NCBI GenBank assembly: GCA_000002445.1
Contig: CP000070.1
Span: forward strand, 544,001 to 608,000
Reading direction: 5' to 3'
Length of the DNA stretch: 64,000 nt
Source of the DNA: Trypanosoma brucei
Taxonomy: Eukaryota
Under the pieces are notes generated by a model. That model saw only the letters and a program-made list of their open reading frames with translations, had not been told where the DNA came from and did not search any database. Shown piece by piece: positions 22,168-33,723 of this stretch. A program made the position numbers and the translations under genes. The first letter of the stretch is position 1; the number at the start of each line of letters is the position of its first letter.

Positions 22168-23797
22168 CTGTTCATATATGCGAACATGTACGATAACGCA
22201 CTAAAAAACTACTGCTTTCTCCCTCTTTTTTTCTCCGTTTATTTCCCTTTTTTATTTCCCTCCATGTTTATTTTTCTCTTATTTTCATTATTATTTTTTT
22301 CGTTTTGTTTGTTTTATTTTTCATCATTAATCATCTGCATGACCCGCTGCAGCACGTTAAGAATGACATGTTTGATACACACGCACACGCAGCGCAGTAA
22401 TGGTACAGTCGCGCAACACAAGAGTAAAAAAAAAATGTGGAGAAAATAACCGCAATGAGGGAAAGAAGATGCAAACAGTGTTTTCTTTGTTGTTGTTGTT
22501 TCATATATATTTTGTTTGTTTGTTTGCGAAGTCGTGCCCTCATGTGAAATTTGGGAAATATCTTTTGGCTGCCTTCGCATCCATTGTAACTAAACACGCA
22601 ATTACTATTATTGGTCCTACACTTGTTCCCTCCTTGTCGATCACTACATTTCCGCCTACACATGAATAAACATGAAAATGTTCACCTCCACTAATTTATT
22701 TTATTTTTCTTTTCAATGGTACTCACCGCTCATGAGCACACATATGCACGCTTCGGTGTGGTGAAAGGAATGTGCAGAAAAGAGGAAAAGAGAAGAAAAA
22801 AGAAAAATAAATGACAAAGTGCAACGGTAAGACAACCCAGCACAAAGAGCGATGTGCAAAACACACAAACAAACAAACAAAAAAGAGGAAACAGAATTCT
22901 GATGCTCAGCTTTATTCAAAGCTTCGTTTGCAAGTGCGCCGCAGTTTAAGACCATTTTCTTCTGTTTTGAATAAATAAATAAATATCTTTATTTATTTAT
23001 TTATAAATCACTATTTACGGTCCCAAACAACCTTTCGGCCTCTTTATCTCTTTTTTTTCTTCCTTGTTGCATGATTCATTCCATCGTTTTCCCGAGGCAC
23101 CGAGTAGCTTGCATAGAAAAATATGTGCTGGGAATGCACTACATCGGTTAAGCTTGCTGTCACATCAGTTAGGACAAGTGAAAGGAAGGAGAAAAAGGGT
23201 AGGTGGGGGGGGGGGAAGAAAAAAAAAAAGAGGAAAATTAGCACACAATCAGCAACCAGTAGAAAGGGCACCTAGTTCGGAAACCAACAAAGAGAAGCAG
23301 CACAAAAGCGGGAGGGCACATAAAAGTGCGATATGCAGCTCAAAAAAAAAAAGTATAGAAAACTGCGATATCAACGCACATTTATTGCTCCCCTCCCCGC
23401 ATATTTTCCTCACATTTATTGGTTCCACCAGTTTAACCTCGACTCTTTCCCCTTTTCAATTTATGATAATGGATCTTCTGCCATTTGATTCTCCGTTAAA
23501 CCTATCCATCCATTTTCCCTCGTATTTCATTGCGTTGCAGCACACCCTCCCTCCATCTTCCCTTCACCCCTCTCAAAATTATATGTTCCGTTCCGACTTG
23601 TACGCGTTGGTCACCGTACGGTACGCCTCCCCACCCGATGCATCAGCTTCTTCATTCTTCCCTCGCACTCACAAACACGTTGCATTCCTCCACATTATGC
23701 GGCCATCTTCCACCCACACTAAAAGAGAAGGAACAAAAGAACTCAATCAGTTTCTCTTCCCCACAGGCGTTACACGGGTTACGACTGATGATGTGAA

Positions 23798-24598
23798 TCA
23801 TTTCTTCTTTTTCGGTGATTGGGAACTGCGTCGCATGAGGACGGCCTCCTTGTACCTCAAGTGTTCTTCACTCACATAATCCGGATCATAGCCATCGCCT
23901 TTAGTCCCAACCTCCACACGCCGACGCTCTGAACTCGATTCATTTTTGCCACGTAGAAGAGAAAGGATGCCATATTTGGAAGCCAATACGTACACGACAG
24001 CACAAGTAATGGCTAACAGTGTCAAGTATGTAAGGATGGTTGAAGGATCCGTATCCAGAGACGCTTCAATGGCCACTGTTTCATTGAATGCTGCAACAAA
24101 TTGGGGTTGCTCGGTTTCACCATTTTTATAGTAAACACCAACGATAAGGTGGTAGTCGTTAGGTTCCAGCAGAGCATGCGGAGTGAAGGTGTAGTGAAAA
24201 CTTGCGGATTCTCTGTACTGAACAATACGTGCATGACGAATGGCAGAGAAGTTCTGCAAGATCTGGTTAGGCGTGTGTGCAGGGGCAACACTGGCGGAAA
24301 CGAGAAGGACGGTGCTGTTCTGGCGTTGATCGTTGTTACGAAATGCGATTAGTGCATCAACACGCGAGCCTGCGTGAAAAGTGGGCGTCGAACCTCCACG
24401 AACCTTTGGGAAAATGGCTTGTACTGTAGGTAAAAACAATTTTTCCTCTTCTGCTTCCCCTTCACGCTCTGCGTCGTCACTCTCCGCTGTTTTGGCGGCC
24501 CCATCCGCCTCCGTGGCAGAGGCTGGTACGGCTGCAAGAAGGGACGAAGTTGCCGCTGCGAATAGAAGCAGCAACATTAAGGAACGACGGCAAGCCAT
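23798..24598 (-). CDS. Translocon-associated protein subunit alpha (TRAP-alpha / SSR1) homologue, 266 aa type I membrane protein
   Basis: There is an N-terminal signal peptide (MACRRSLMLLLLFAAATSSLLAAVPASA) and an acidic stretch (ESDDAEREGEAEEEK). The luminal domain matches my recollection of metazoan SSR1 (ILQNFSA, ASFHYTFTP, HLIVGVYYKNGETEQPQFVAAFNETVAIEA, compared with [45 protein letters not shown]). A single TM lies near the C-terminus (ILTYLTLLAITCAVVYVLASKYGI), followed by a basic cytosolic tail. Confidence 0.75.
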   Translation of the reverse strand: MACRRSLMLLLLFAAATSSLLAAVPASATEADGAAKTAESDDAEREGEAEEEKLFLPTVQAIFPKVRGGSTPTFHAGSRVDALIAFRNNDQRQNSTVLLVSASVAPAHTPNQILQNFSAIRHARIVQYRESASFHYTFTPHALLEPNDYHLIVGVYYKNGETEQPQFVAAFNETVAIEASLDTDPSTILTYLTLLAITCAVVYVLASKYGILSLLRGKNESSSERRRVEVGTKGDGYDPDYVSEEHLRYKEAVLMRRSSQSPKKKK

Positions 24599-24616
24599 CG
24601 CTGTTATTGTTTTTAT

Positions 24617-24639
24617 TATATATATATATATATATATAT
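24617..24639. repeat. (TA)11 microsatellite immediately upstream of the TRAP-alpha gene start
   Basis: Seen directly in the sequence. Confidence 0.9.
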
Positions 24640-25780
24640 TTTGTTATATCTCTTCCTTTCTCTAAATTGTTATTACTAATCTGTTTTGTTTGACGTTGGC
24701 TCCACCACTTGTGTGTGTGTGTATGGAATTATACCAATATTTAACAGTATATATGTCAGTTGCGCCTCCTAACCTAACAAGAAATCAATAATAATAATAA
24801 CAATAATAATAATAATAATCATCATCATCATCAAGTGTGGAGAGTAGAAGGTGACCTCAACATCTTCGCAAATACAATCAACACATGAGTTTTTTATTTG
24901 TATCATAGTTTCCACAACCATAATATATCCGTTTCGCGAACAGTAATTATTGCGGTCAAGTGATGACAATACTTGAAAGAAGGTAAGAAGATGTGTTAAC
25001 AGGGTTCAACGGCAGTTCATCAAACAAATATATGTGGTCTCCGGTAAATTGGCCTTTACTTCCGCTAACAGTGTTGCTGTTTTGCTCTTCCGTTCGGTTA
25101 CATTTTGTTTCTGTTTTGGTTTTTCTGTTTCACGTGCAGTTAGGCCAGTTTTCCATTCGAAGAAGAGGGTTGGTTTCCTCGTCACCGTTGGCGAAGCTCT
25201 TTTTTTTTTTTCTTCACAAGTGCGACCTTCACTATGAAATTTGCTGTTAGTCCTTCACATACTCCCAAATATCAAACAAACATCTGCATGTCAATTTTGT
25301 GCCTTTCCATCAGGACCCTCCTCCCGCATGTTTTCCTCAAAAGTAACTGTTCCGAGAGCAGTTACTTCACTAACTTGTTTACCGATAGTTTATTTGCGTT
25401 GGGTAATTGAAGGTCCGAAAAAAAAAAAAAAAAGTCACACAGCGGCTCAAAATAACTGCAATTGCACGGAGTAAGAGGGAAAGAAGAATATTTCCGGCTC
25501 AAAGTCCATTGGTGTCATAGTTGCCACTCACAATATTTTTCGAATGTCACTCTGCATTTGCCACTACACATAAGACTGCGAAATGCCATCGTAACAGTAA
25601 ACACGTCTCACATCTTTCCTCACATGCACACCATTTGGTTAATGCTGTGGGAACTGCGACTGTGGTGATAGTTTCTGTTATTATTATTTTTTTCTTTCGG
25701 TCTCCTGTGGGAAATAAAACTCACTTCTCCTTTGATTATATGCCTCGTCTTTGACCATAAAATCCCTTTTGCGTGTCGCT

Positions 25781-26017
25781 CTACAACTTCAACATTTGCT
25801 TCACAGCACCACCACCCGACTCCCCCTTATCGAGTGCTCGGTTGATAATATCGCTTGCCTGCAAATATTTTACCGCACAACGCTCCACACACTTCACCTC
25901 ATCCATGGTTAACTCTTTACTGCTGAGATTCTTGCAGCAAAATGTAAAACATTCGGACTGCAAGCGACTCATCAGTACCTCCAAACGGAAGGATTCTTGC
26001 TTTACAGCCAGGCGCAT
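25781..26017 (-). CDS. Small TIM family protein (Tim9/10-like, twin CX3C motif), about 78 aa from Met at 26017. The ORF extends to 26098 through polypyrimidine-derived codons
   Basis: The twin motif is CFTFC, then 15 aa, then CVERC, followed by AVKYLQASDIINRALDK. This resembles Tim9/Tim10 (CFTDC...CIMKCSEKFL). The upstream in-frame extension (MFFFLSFFFCYCCCF) is low-complexity translation of a CT-rich UTR. Confidence 0.6.
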   Translation of the reverse strand: MRLAVKQESFRLEVLMSRLQSECFTFCCKNLSSKELTMDEVKCVERCAVKYLQASDIINRALDKGESGGGAVKQMLKL

Positions 26018-26832
26018 GGAAAGAGAATTACGTCCGTAGCTGGTGCAAGCAACAAAACAACAACAATAACAAAAAAAGAAAGAAAGAAAGAAAAACACGG
26101 AAAACAGTACAAATATGAGCTATGTGTGAAAATATCTTTTCTTTGATCGTTAGGTAACAGGCGCTACAAAGCTACGACAGAGGAGGCTTACAATCCTCCT
26201 GCAACTCTTCCCTTCCCTCGGTGGTTAACGTTAGTTGAAGGGTGACGGTTCTTAGGGTACACGTCGCTATTCGACAAGGGGGAAAAAAAAAAGAGATATG
26301 AAGAAAAGAATAAAAGAAACATGAATGTATATATATGTATATAAAAGGAGGTAATTGAATTGCTTTCGGCAATACAATTCACAGAAAGCAAAAACAAAAT
26401 AATGAAAACGATAAGACACGTATTAGAGAGTGCTGCTTCTAGATTTATGTGACCCTGCGGTTACGTGATATGTTGTGTAAAACAGTCGCTTGGAGGTACC
26501 GAACACGAGGAAAGATGAACAAAATGTCACAGCTGTCGTCCACATTTCTGCCTTTCTCCTCTTCTTTTTGTTATGGGTCTCCTTAAAAAAAAAAAAGAAC
26601 CCTCTTCCCTAAACATCACATCACAGGCAAGTAATGGAAGGGAGTGCAGATAGATCCAAATATATGTGTAAAAGACGGGCCATAACGTCCGAGGGGAAGT
26701 AATGTAACACTAAAGTATTCACGCACTTCACTATCCTTAATGGAAGGTGTCCTCCACTCACAGTTGCATTACATTCCTATCAACCAAATCACCTACAAAT
26801 ACTTCAGTCAACCACAACATTAACAACAATAT

Positions 26833-26857
26833 CACACACACACACACACATATATAA

Positions 26858-26889
<32 letters not shown>
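26833..26889. repeat. Compound (CA)9 ... (TA)13 microsatellite
   Basis: Seen directly in the sequence. Confidence 0.9.
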
Positions 26890-26892
<3 letters not shown>

Positions 26893-28048
26893 AATATATA
26901 CGGTTTACAACTCCCTCATTCACATCGCAATTACTCAGTACTCAAGTGGGTTCCACCATGTGTTTTTATCAACAGAATTCATCTCTCGTACCAGGCGTCA
27001 ACTCATTATTTCTCCCAGACTCTTTCTAGTAACACCGCAAACTCGTGAAACACATCTCTTTTTTTTTTTTTAGCCGTGACCTAACTTATTTTAAGTGCAT
27101 AAATTTCTTGTATTTTTTTTTGTAAAAAAAATTATTCTTTAGTTCAGTCTTCCTTGTTCTCCCCTCCTCTTTTGTGGTTTTTGTTTTTTTTTTTGAAAAA
27201 ACGATAATAGAGCCCAGCGTCATATACTGTAGCGACGTCTCGCTCACTCATTCATTCACTCACTCACTTAAATAATGGAGTTCTCCTTTCTTTCTTTCTT
27301 TTTTTTCTCTCTCTTTCTTATTGTAAACGGCCTCAACATAATATATCAGTCCCTCTGTGTTCCCTTCATCATCTCAAAGATATTTTTTCAATAGTACACA
27401 ACTCAAAGGAAAAGAAGGGGAAAACAACAACATCAACAACATCATCATCACACTGAAAAAAAAAAAGAAAGAACAGTGAGCATGTGCACAAGGGAAAGGG
27501 AGGCATGATGCAACCTTGTCATGGCATCCCACTAACCAACCAAAACATGTGTGGTAATTCAAATACAAAAAGAAAAAAAACAGAAAGGAAATCAACAACA
27601 ACACCACCAAATAGGGGAGAGAAAAAAAACGAGGTGTGCGTGTGTGTGTGTGGAGGAGGGGGGAGGAGGGAACAAACAGTAGAGTGTTGATATTGTAATA
27701 ATTTGTAAAAGAAAAAAGCGGTAACCCTACCGACAATCGTACGAGTTGGTAAAAAAAAAAACAAAAAATTAACCAAAACAAGACAGACGCATATAAATAA
27801 ATACTCCACCGAAAGATCAATGGGGACGGGACAAGTAGAAATCGCTTATCACCCTGTAATTATACACAGTTCCACAATGATAACGTCATACCATTTAGCT
27901 CCACTCTGCTATTATCCCCATTTCCTTCCCCACCCTCGTACTTTCTCCCTCCTTAACATTCTGATTTCCCTTCCCCTCCTCCCCCCGCTCTCCACCCCCC
28001 CCCAAAAAAATAAATAAATAAATAATAATAATAATAATAATAATAATT

Positions 28049-28543
28049 TCACGCACAGGTTACTCCGTTGAACTTTCCATCACATTGTCGCAAGACTTTA
28101 AATACTCTTTCGCATGCCAGGACACACGTTGATATATTCTGTAAGCAACTGAAACCATTGAGTGTTGCGCTGGTGATGCTGTTGGATTGCAGCATTACTG
28201 CCATGGCATGACTTAAAACACCTTCCAATGCATCGGAAGCAGCGCCAGGTGGTACGGCGGAGGAGGCCTCGGGGCCGAGCAGAGCACCACGCAATACTGA
28301 AGGAGTGGGAAGTGCACATGCGAGAGATGTGGGCCGAACATATCCAGTTAGAAGCGGGCTTCGGCACGCATTCAAATGCCGCTGCGTAAAGGTGCGACCC
28401 ATGAAAAACACTGAGCGACGCATCCTTTTGTCACTAAGATTCAACAATTTTAGCCTCCAAATGTGATTCCTCCTTTCCCTCCTAAGATGTATCGTAGGAC
28501 AATTTCGGTGAGACGAGTCTTTTTTTCTTTTGTTTTTTAACAA
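28049..28543 (-). CDS. Hypothetical small protein, 164 aa, basic N-terminus
   Basis: Minus-strand ORF of ordinary composition lying between two confident genes. No recognisable motif. Confidence 0.35.
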   Translation of the reverse strand: MLKNKRKKDSSHRNCPTIHLRRERRNHIWRLKLLNLSDKRMRRSVFFMGRTFTQRHLNACRSPLLTGYVRPTSLACALPTPSVLRGALLGPEASSAVPPGAASDALEGVLSHAMAVMLQSNSITSATLNGFSCLQNISTCVLACERVFKVLRQCDGKFNGVTCA

Positions 28544-29083
28544 AAAGATTTTACTTGTCTTTTTCTTTTCGTTGATAAGATTACACTGATGTTTAGCAGT
28601 CAGCGTTTCAGTCCTAGCGAAACCTCCCCGAAGTTTCCTCCGCGAAGTGGGTCTTCGCTAATAGTGATATTCCCCCTTGCAACGCGGTAAACGTCAAGAA
28701 AGTGGAAGATTGCACGTGAGCAAGGTTGGTCAGATAGCAACAAATAGAGTAACAACAGAAAAAGAAAGTACTCAGAAGGCTCAAGAATGTGCTTTGGTAT
28801 ACAAAAGCAATGGCCAAAGCACGCGTGATGCAACAAATGAAGGCATCGTATAATCTGCATTTCTCCAATCACCAGTTAGATTTTGCCTTCACCCGTAAAC
28901 TCAACACTTTCGAGTCGTCACCGGTAGTCATGTGGCCACGACTTGAACAACAACAACAATGCGATAAGCGATAAATGTTAAACACACTTACTTCAAACCA
29001 CTTATGCAATTACACCACCAGCGGGAAAGCACAAACGCACCCCTTCACGCCTCACCAAGCGACGGTGTAAAAATATTCTATCG

Positions 29084-31093
29084 CTACTGTTCCCTCGACC
29101 CACCGTCTGCACCGATGTATGAAATAATTGCGCTCCCCGTACCACTCCCCGACTCATCACCTCGCACGTCAAACCACATGGGAAGCTGTCGAGCTATGAG
29201 CACAATGGAGCCGTACCGACGAACTAACTGTCGTGCATCGCGTGGAAGGTAATTCAGTACGGTAGCTTCCTGAGCCCCACCCACAGTGAACATTGCAATC
29301 AGCCGCACAAGATCTGCAAGCGTACGACACGGTGAATGAAGTAATTCTGCAGGTGGAGGCTGGCCATCCCTACGACCAACGACAAGGACCGTACTGAAGA
29401 TCACTTCATATATTTTGAAGAACTCACGGTGACGCTCAAAGAACTCCTGTTTACACTCCCACACATCAAACGGAAGCTCTCGAGCAGCGGGTGAGTGGCG
29501 GAACCGAGTCCATAACACCGGATGCTCAATTGGCATAACTTGCATCAACATCCTCGCCTTCTCCTTTTCGCTCAGTTGCCTTCCAGGCCCGCAGACACTC
29601 CGAGCACCCGCAGAAGACGCGGGGATTCTTACGCCATGAGACGCAGCCGCGAGAAAAGGCGTCCACACGAAGCCCTCCTTCAACAGTAAGTATAACGAGT
29701 GCTGCTTTACAAAGGCTTCGACGGAGGCATACGCACATTGCAGTTGCCCTCGACTGCTTGTTGAAAGCGAGGCGACAAGTTCCTCAACCGAAAGGGGTTT
29801 CTCCCCAAGCAGCTGGAGACATTGGCGCAGGACCACTGGTATCGGAGTAGTCTGCCACGTCAAACTAGAAGGTTGTTCATGCCGTTCCATCACTTCCCAC
29901 GGCCTAACCATATATGCTGTCATGTTTACGTCGAAAAGGTGACGAAGTCGATCAAAGACAAAAATGCACGCGGCATCCTTGTGAGTTGCCGGATAAATGT
30001 GAAGCCGCTCCATAAGGTCTGACGGCAGCACATCATCCAACTCCGTCATAGCTATGCCTGACCGCAGGCGCTGCAGGTTCTCGGGACTTGCCGATGCAAA
30101 GTTACGGAATGCTTCGATTAGCGGTTGGCCAAGGTTAAGCACCTCAAACCCCTGAGCAGATAAAGCCTCGCTGCCAACGTAGGGACGACGGTCGGCATCC
30201 ATCATGCGGAGAAACACATCATTTATATCGTCTCCGGTCACACGACAATCGAGGATAGTGGCAGGTACACGCTGCAGTTCCTCCAATATCTCCTTCAAGG
30301 TGGCATCCGGAGAGAAGCACATACCAGAACGAGGCGATTGCATCACACTCCGAAGCGGAATATAAAATGAAAATGGAACAGTTTTTTGAAGAAGTAACAA
30401 GATTCGATTAAGCTTCGGATCATCAAAAGCGCTAATAGTTAACGTCGACTCATGAATGGATTCTGCTTGTCTGGTTGCATGACCAGCAGTAGAAAAGGCA
30501 GGAGCTGACGCTGCCAGTGGGTTGGATGTCGATGTTGGTGGTATCGGGTTCAACCCCATACGGGTCACAAAAGATGTTGGTGATGCCTTTACTATGCCAT
30601 TCTGTACCAGCACAAGTGATGCGTGCTGCAAAAGGAAGGCCTCCAGTAGGCGCTCATTACCACACTTCCGTTGCTCAAGCGCTGGTAAAGAACGGTACAA
30701 TTGTGAAACAGATAGTTGCTGTTGGGGTGAGGCGGCAACATTTGCCAAAACTTTTGCAATTAATGGAGTGCTACTTCCGGCGCGTCGCAGCTCGCTGGCG
30801 AGCATTACAACAGTTAAGCCGGACGAGGCGACCTCAACCTGAAACTTCGATGGCCGCTCCTTCACATACTGGCCGAGTCCACCTGTGTTATTTGATACAA
30901 GTTCCAACATTTCATCACTTAGTAAAGCGGAGACGCGCGGTAAGGGGAGTGCACCGTGACGACGCAATATAACCCGCATATTTTCCCACAGCATATCGTC
31001 CTCCTTCTGTGTGAGTCGCAAGCGCATGGAGTTCAAAAGTGCGCCGCAAGCCATTGTCACCGCTGAATGCGGATTTGAGCGGAAGCCGCGCAT
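29084..31093 (-). CDS. Hypothetical protein, 669 aa
   Basis: Long minus-strand ORF of complex composition. No recognisable domain by eye. Confidence 0.7.
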   Translation of the reverse strand: MRGFRSNPHSAVTMACGALLNSMRLRLTQKEDDMLWENMRVILRRHGALPLPRVSALLSDEMLELVSNNTGGLGQYVKERPSKFQVEVASSGLTVVMLASELRRAGSSTPLIAKVLANVAASPQQQLSVSQLYRSLPALEQRKCGNERLLEAFLLQHASLVLVQNGIVKASPTSFVTRMGLNPIPPTSTSNPLAASAPAFSTAGHATRQAESIHESTLTISAFDDPKLNRILLLLQKTVPFSFYIPLRSVMQSPRSGMCFSPDATLKEILEELQRVPATILDCRVTGDDINDVFLRMMDADRRPYVGSEALSAQGFEVLNLGQPLIEAFRNFASASPENLQRLRSGIAMTELDDVLPSDLMERLHIYPATHKDAACIFVFDRLRHLFDVNMTAYMVRPWEVMERHEQPSSLTWQTTPIPVVLRQCLQLLGEKPLSVEELVASLSTSSRGQLQCAYASVEAFVKQHSLYLLLKEGFVWTPFLAAASHGVRIPASSAGARSVCGPGRQLSEKEKARMLMQVMPIEHPVLWTRFRHSPAARELPFDVWECKQEFFERHREFFKIYEVIFSTVLVVGRRDGQPPPAELLHSPCRTLADLVRLIAMFTVGGAQEATVLNYLPRDARQLVRRYGSIVLIARQLPMWFDVRGDESGSGTGSAIISYIGADGGSREQ

Positions 31094-31958
31094 TGCAGAT
31101 GTGTAAATGTGAATATGCTTCGAAACACCTAATACAATTTACCAATTAATTCCTCCTTCCACTTGCGTTTCCCTCAGTTCCGTCTGCTTCCCCCCCCCCA
31201 GTGATGAGATCAATAAACTCAACGCAACAGCCACTAGTACGTGGGAGACAGCTTACAAAGACAACAACACACAAAGAAAAAGCATACACGACGAAGCGTA
31301 TAAAACAGAATTAAACCAACATCAAAGGTTTTTTTCTTTTTGAAAGGGATCCGCAGGGGATATAAAAAAGAGTCGAGTAATAATAACAAGTTCAACGGCG
31401 TGCTTCGATAATTAAAGGAGGGCGTGGAAAAAGAAGAGCATGGAAAGCTTGTTAGGGACTGATGGAACTTAGTGTAACACTAAATCAAGACAATGAAAGA
31501 AATTTAAAAAAAACAAAAAAGGAAACGACTCAAGTTAAAGGAAAGAGAACATGAAAGACGATCAACAGATCCCTACCGCCAAAATTCGACACACAAACAG
31601 TCATGTAGTCTCTTTTTTTAAAAAAAAAGAAATGATGTCGTTGTTACTTCCTTTACTTTACTTTCCATATGAGTTTTGTTCATTTTCTCCTTCCCTCTTG
31701 CTTTTCACCCTCTTTTTCTCCTTCCAGGGGGCAGCGGGGCGGGGAGGCGGGAGGGGAATACACTTGCAGATCAGTACATTTACTTTAAACGCATATAAAA
31801 CTGAGAGTGTGAGGCCATCAAAAAAAAAAAAAGGAGAGAGATGGAAGGAAATGATGTATATGCTTACGTAAATTTCTTACGTCCGTTCCTGTTCTTGCGC
31901 ATGAGTTAAACAGCACATTTGTTATTACCGTATCAAAACAATAAAAACTATTGTGGTG

Positions 31959-31960
<2 letters not shown>

Positions 31961-31995
<35 letters not shown>
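31961..31995. repeat. (AT)17 microsatellite
   Basis: Seen directly in the sequence. Confidence 0.9.
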
Positions 31996-31996
<1 letters not shown>

Positions 31997-32577
31997 TTTA
32001 AAATTGTCGCTGGGAACTATAACAACATTGATTTTTTTTTCTAAAGAGGGTAAAACTCTACTGTCTCTGTGACAAATTTCTTCCTTCCTTTATTTCTCGT
32101 TGTTGTAAAAGCAGTAATGTTTGATAACACAACTTAGAAGAAAGAAGGAAAAAACAAAAGAAACAAATACAGGTTGGAACGTTTCGTTATCACTAATCCA
32201 TTCGCCACATCGTCATTGACATCTTTTCTTTCTCCAATGCGCTTCCTTCTTTTTCCTCACTCGATATTTAAACAATTGAAAGCACTTCACACGCCTCCGG
32301 TACTGCGAAAGATACGCAGGGAAGGAAAAAAAAATAGTGTATAAAGTACACTGATAAAACATGCACATGCACCTCTATGAAGTCTTCCCCCTATCCCTCT
32401 CCCGAACGAAAAACATGCAAATCAAAAAGAAAAAAAAGAAAAGTGCCGTTAAAAAAATAAATAAATGAACGTTTTTTTCCCCCCTAACTCAAAACAAATT
32501 AAACCTGCACATGCATAGCCCCGCTAAAGTATGGCTGAATGAACCAAACAACCTCAGGTATCGATTAGCCCAGCGAA

Positions 32578-33723
32578 TCAAACAGCCTTCCAGCAGCTCT
32601 GGACGAATACGAAAATGCTCTGCGAAATGGCCATACCGAGGCCAACACGTGCGGATCCCCACCCGATATTCAATCGACTATTCATCCACCGAAGCGCTGC
32701 CATCGGGTAACGATGCCGCTGAGTTGACCGCTCCATCAGTCGAGTCCGCAACGGATCCTGTTGATTCATTGCAACCCTTTCGCTTCCACCATGAGTGGCA
32801 TGAACACTCGTGTAACTCTCACCACTACGGTATACAAAAAGAGTTTGTAAGTAGAGAAACTGCAATAACTGAATGTAACGCACCGGTCCGGATCCTGACG
32901 GAACACCGTAAACGACAGAACGTACGTAGTTAAACGGCGAACTAAACACAGAGGCGAGCATTGCAGCGAAGAGGTTGGAGGCAAAAACTGCGCTATCGAC
33001 TGATGGCTTTTCTGCACGATGGGTAGATAACGCCTCACCGGAGTTATGTGACGCCGCCACGAAAGGTGATGGGGAATTGTTATCAGTCGCGTGGCTACAT
33101 GCTGGTGATGCCAAGCCAAGGTACTGTGCCTTCTGGGTGATGCTCTGTCCCAAAAAAGTAAAGAAACAATGAACATTTCGGCTATTCCTGCACATTTCGT
33201 ACACTATGCCAAACACACTGTCACGAAGGATTGTAGCCACAATACCCCGAAAGAAGATGGATAACCCCTTCTCCTCATATACGTTGCGCGTGACGTGAAA
33301 AAATGAAAATTTCTCTTCTACACTCCACATACGGTACTTTACAACCTGCATTCCGTTCAGTAGACTACCGTTGAGAGTACCTGCGACGGCACCAATGAGA
33401 AAAGCGTTAACACCGGGGGAATTAGACGCATGGAAACACGCTGGCATATACCTGTCAATGAAGATGCGTGTGGAGTCCTGCCAGAACAAATATGAAGCAG
33501 CCACTAGTGTACGGTAAACGGCAGCGTTCACAAATCCCTGAAAGGGGTGTTCGAAGTTACGGCGGTCAAGAAAGTGATGACGACGGTACATCACTCTCAC
33601 GTAGAGGGCCCTATCAAACGGATTGAACAAAACGGCCTGAGCAGCACCAGAGATTAAAGCTGGCCCCGCAGTAAGCAAGAAACTGTCTCGGTTCTTTTCA
33701 TCTTGCGTGGTCATTCCATGCAA
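32578..33723 (-). CDS. Mitochondrial carrier family (SLC25) protein, 381 aa
   Basis: It has carrier signature motifs P-x-[DE]-x-x-[KR] (PFDRALYVRV, SPFNYVRSVVYG) and a G...FFRGIVATILRD segment, with a tripartite repeat organisation. Substrate specificity cannot be determined from the sequence. Confidence 0.8.
   Translation of the reverse strand: MHGMTTQDEKNRDSFLLTAGPALISGAAQAVLFNPFDRALYVRVMYRRHHFLDRRNFEHPFQGFVNAAVYRTLVAASYLFWQDSTRIFIDRYMPACFHASNSPGVNAFLIGAVAGTLNGSLLNGMQVVKYRMWSVEEKFSFFHVTRNVYEEKGLSIFFRGIVATILRDSVFGIVYEMCRNSRNVHCFFTFLGQSITQKAQYLGLASPACSHATDNNSPSPFVAASHNSGEALSTHRAEKPSVDSAVFASNLFAAMLASVFSSPFNYVRSVVYGVPSGSGPVRYIQLLQFLYLQTLFVYRSGESYTSVHATHGGSERVAMNQQDPLRTRLMERSTQRHRYPMAALRWMNSRLNIGWGSARVGLGMAISQSIFVFVQSCWKAV

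Noticed and set aside
26590-26596. Single ccctaa hexamer (telomere-like)
   Set aside because: It is an isolated single copy, not a TTAGGG array.
27374-27820. 148 aa minus-strand ORF in the 2 kb spacer
   Set aside because: Its translation is dominated by F/L/S and homopolymer-derived runs (FFFF, LLLL) with no complex segment. It is most likely UTR sequence.
29526-29738. Several short ORFs (60-150 aa) on either strand nested inside long minus-strand genes (e.g. 29526-29738, 30517-30972, 38599-38835)
   Set aside because: They overlap confident CDSs and have no independent support. They are typical out-of-frame or antisense ORFs in GC-balanced coding sequence.
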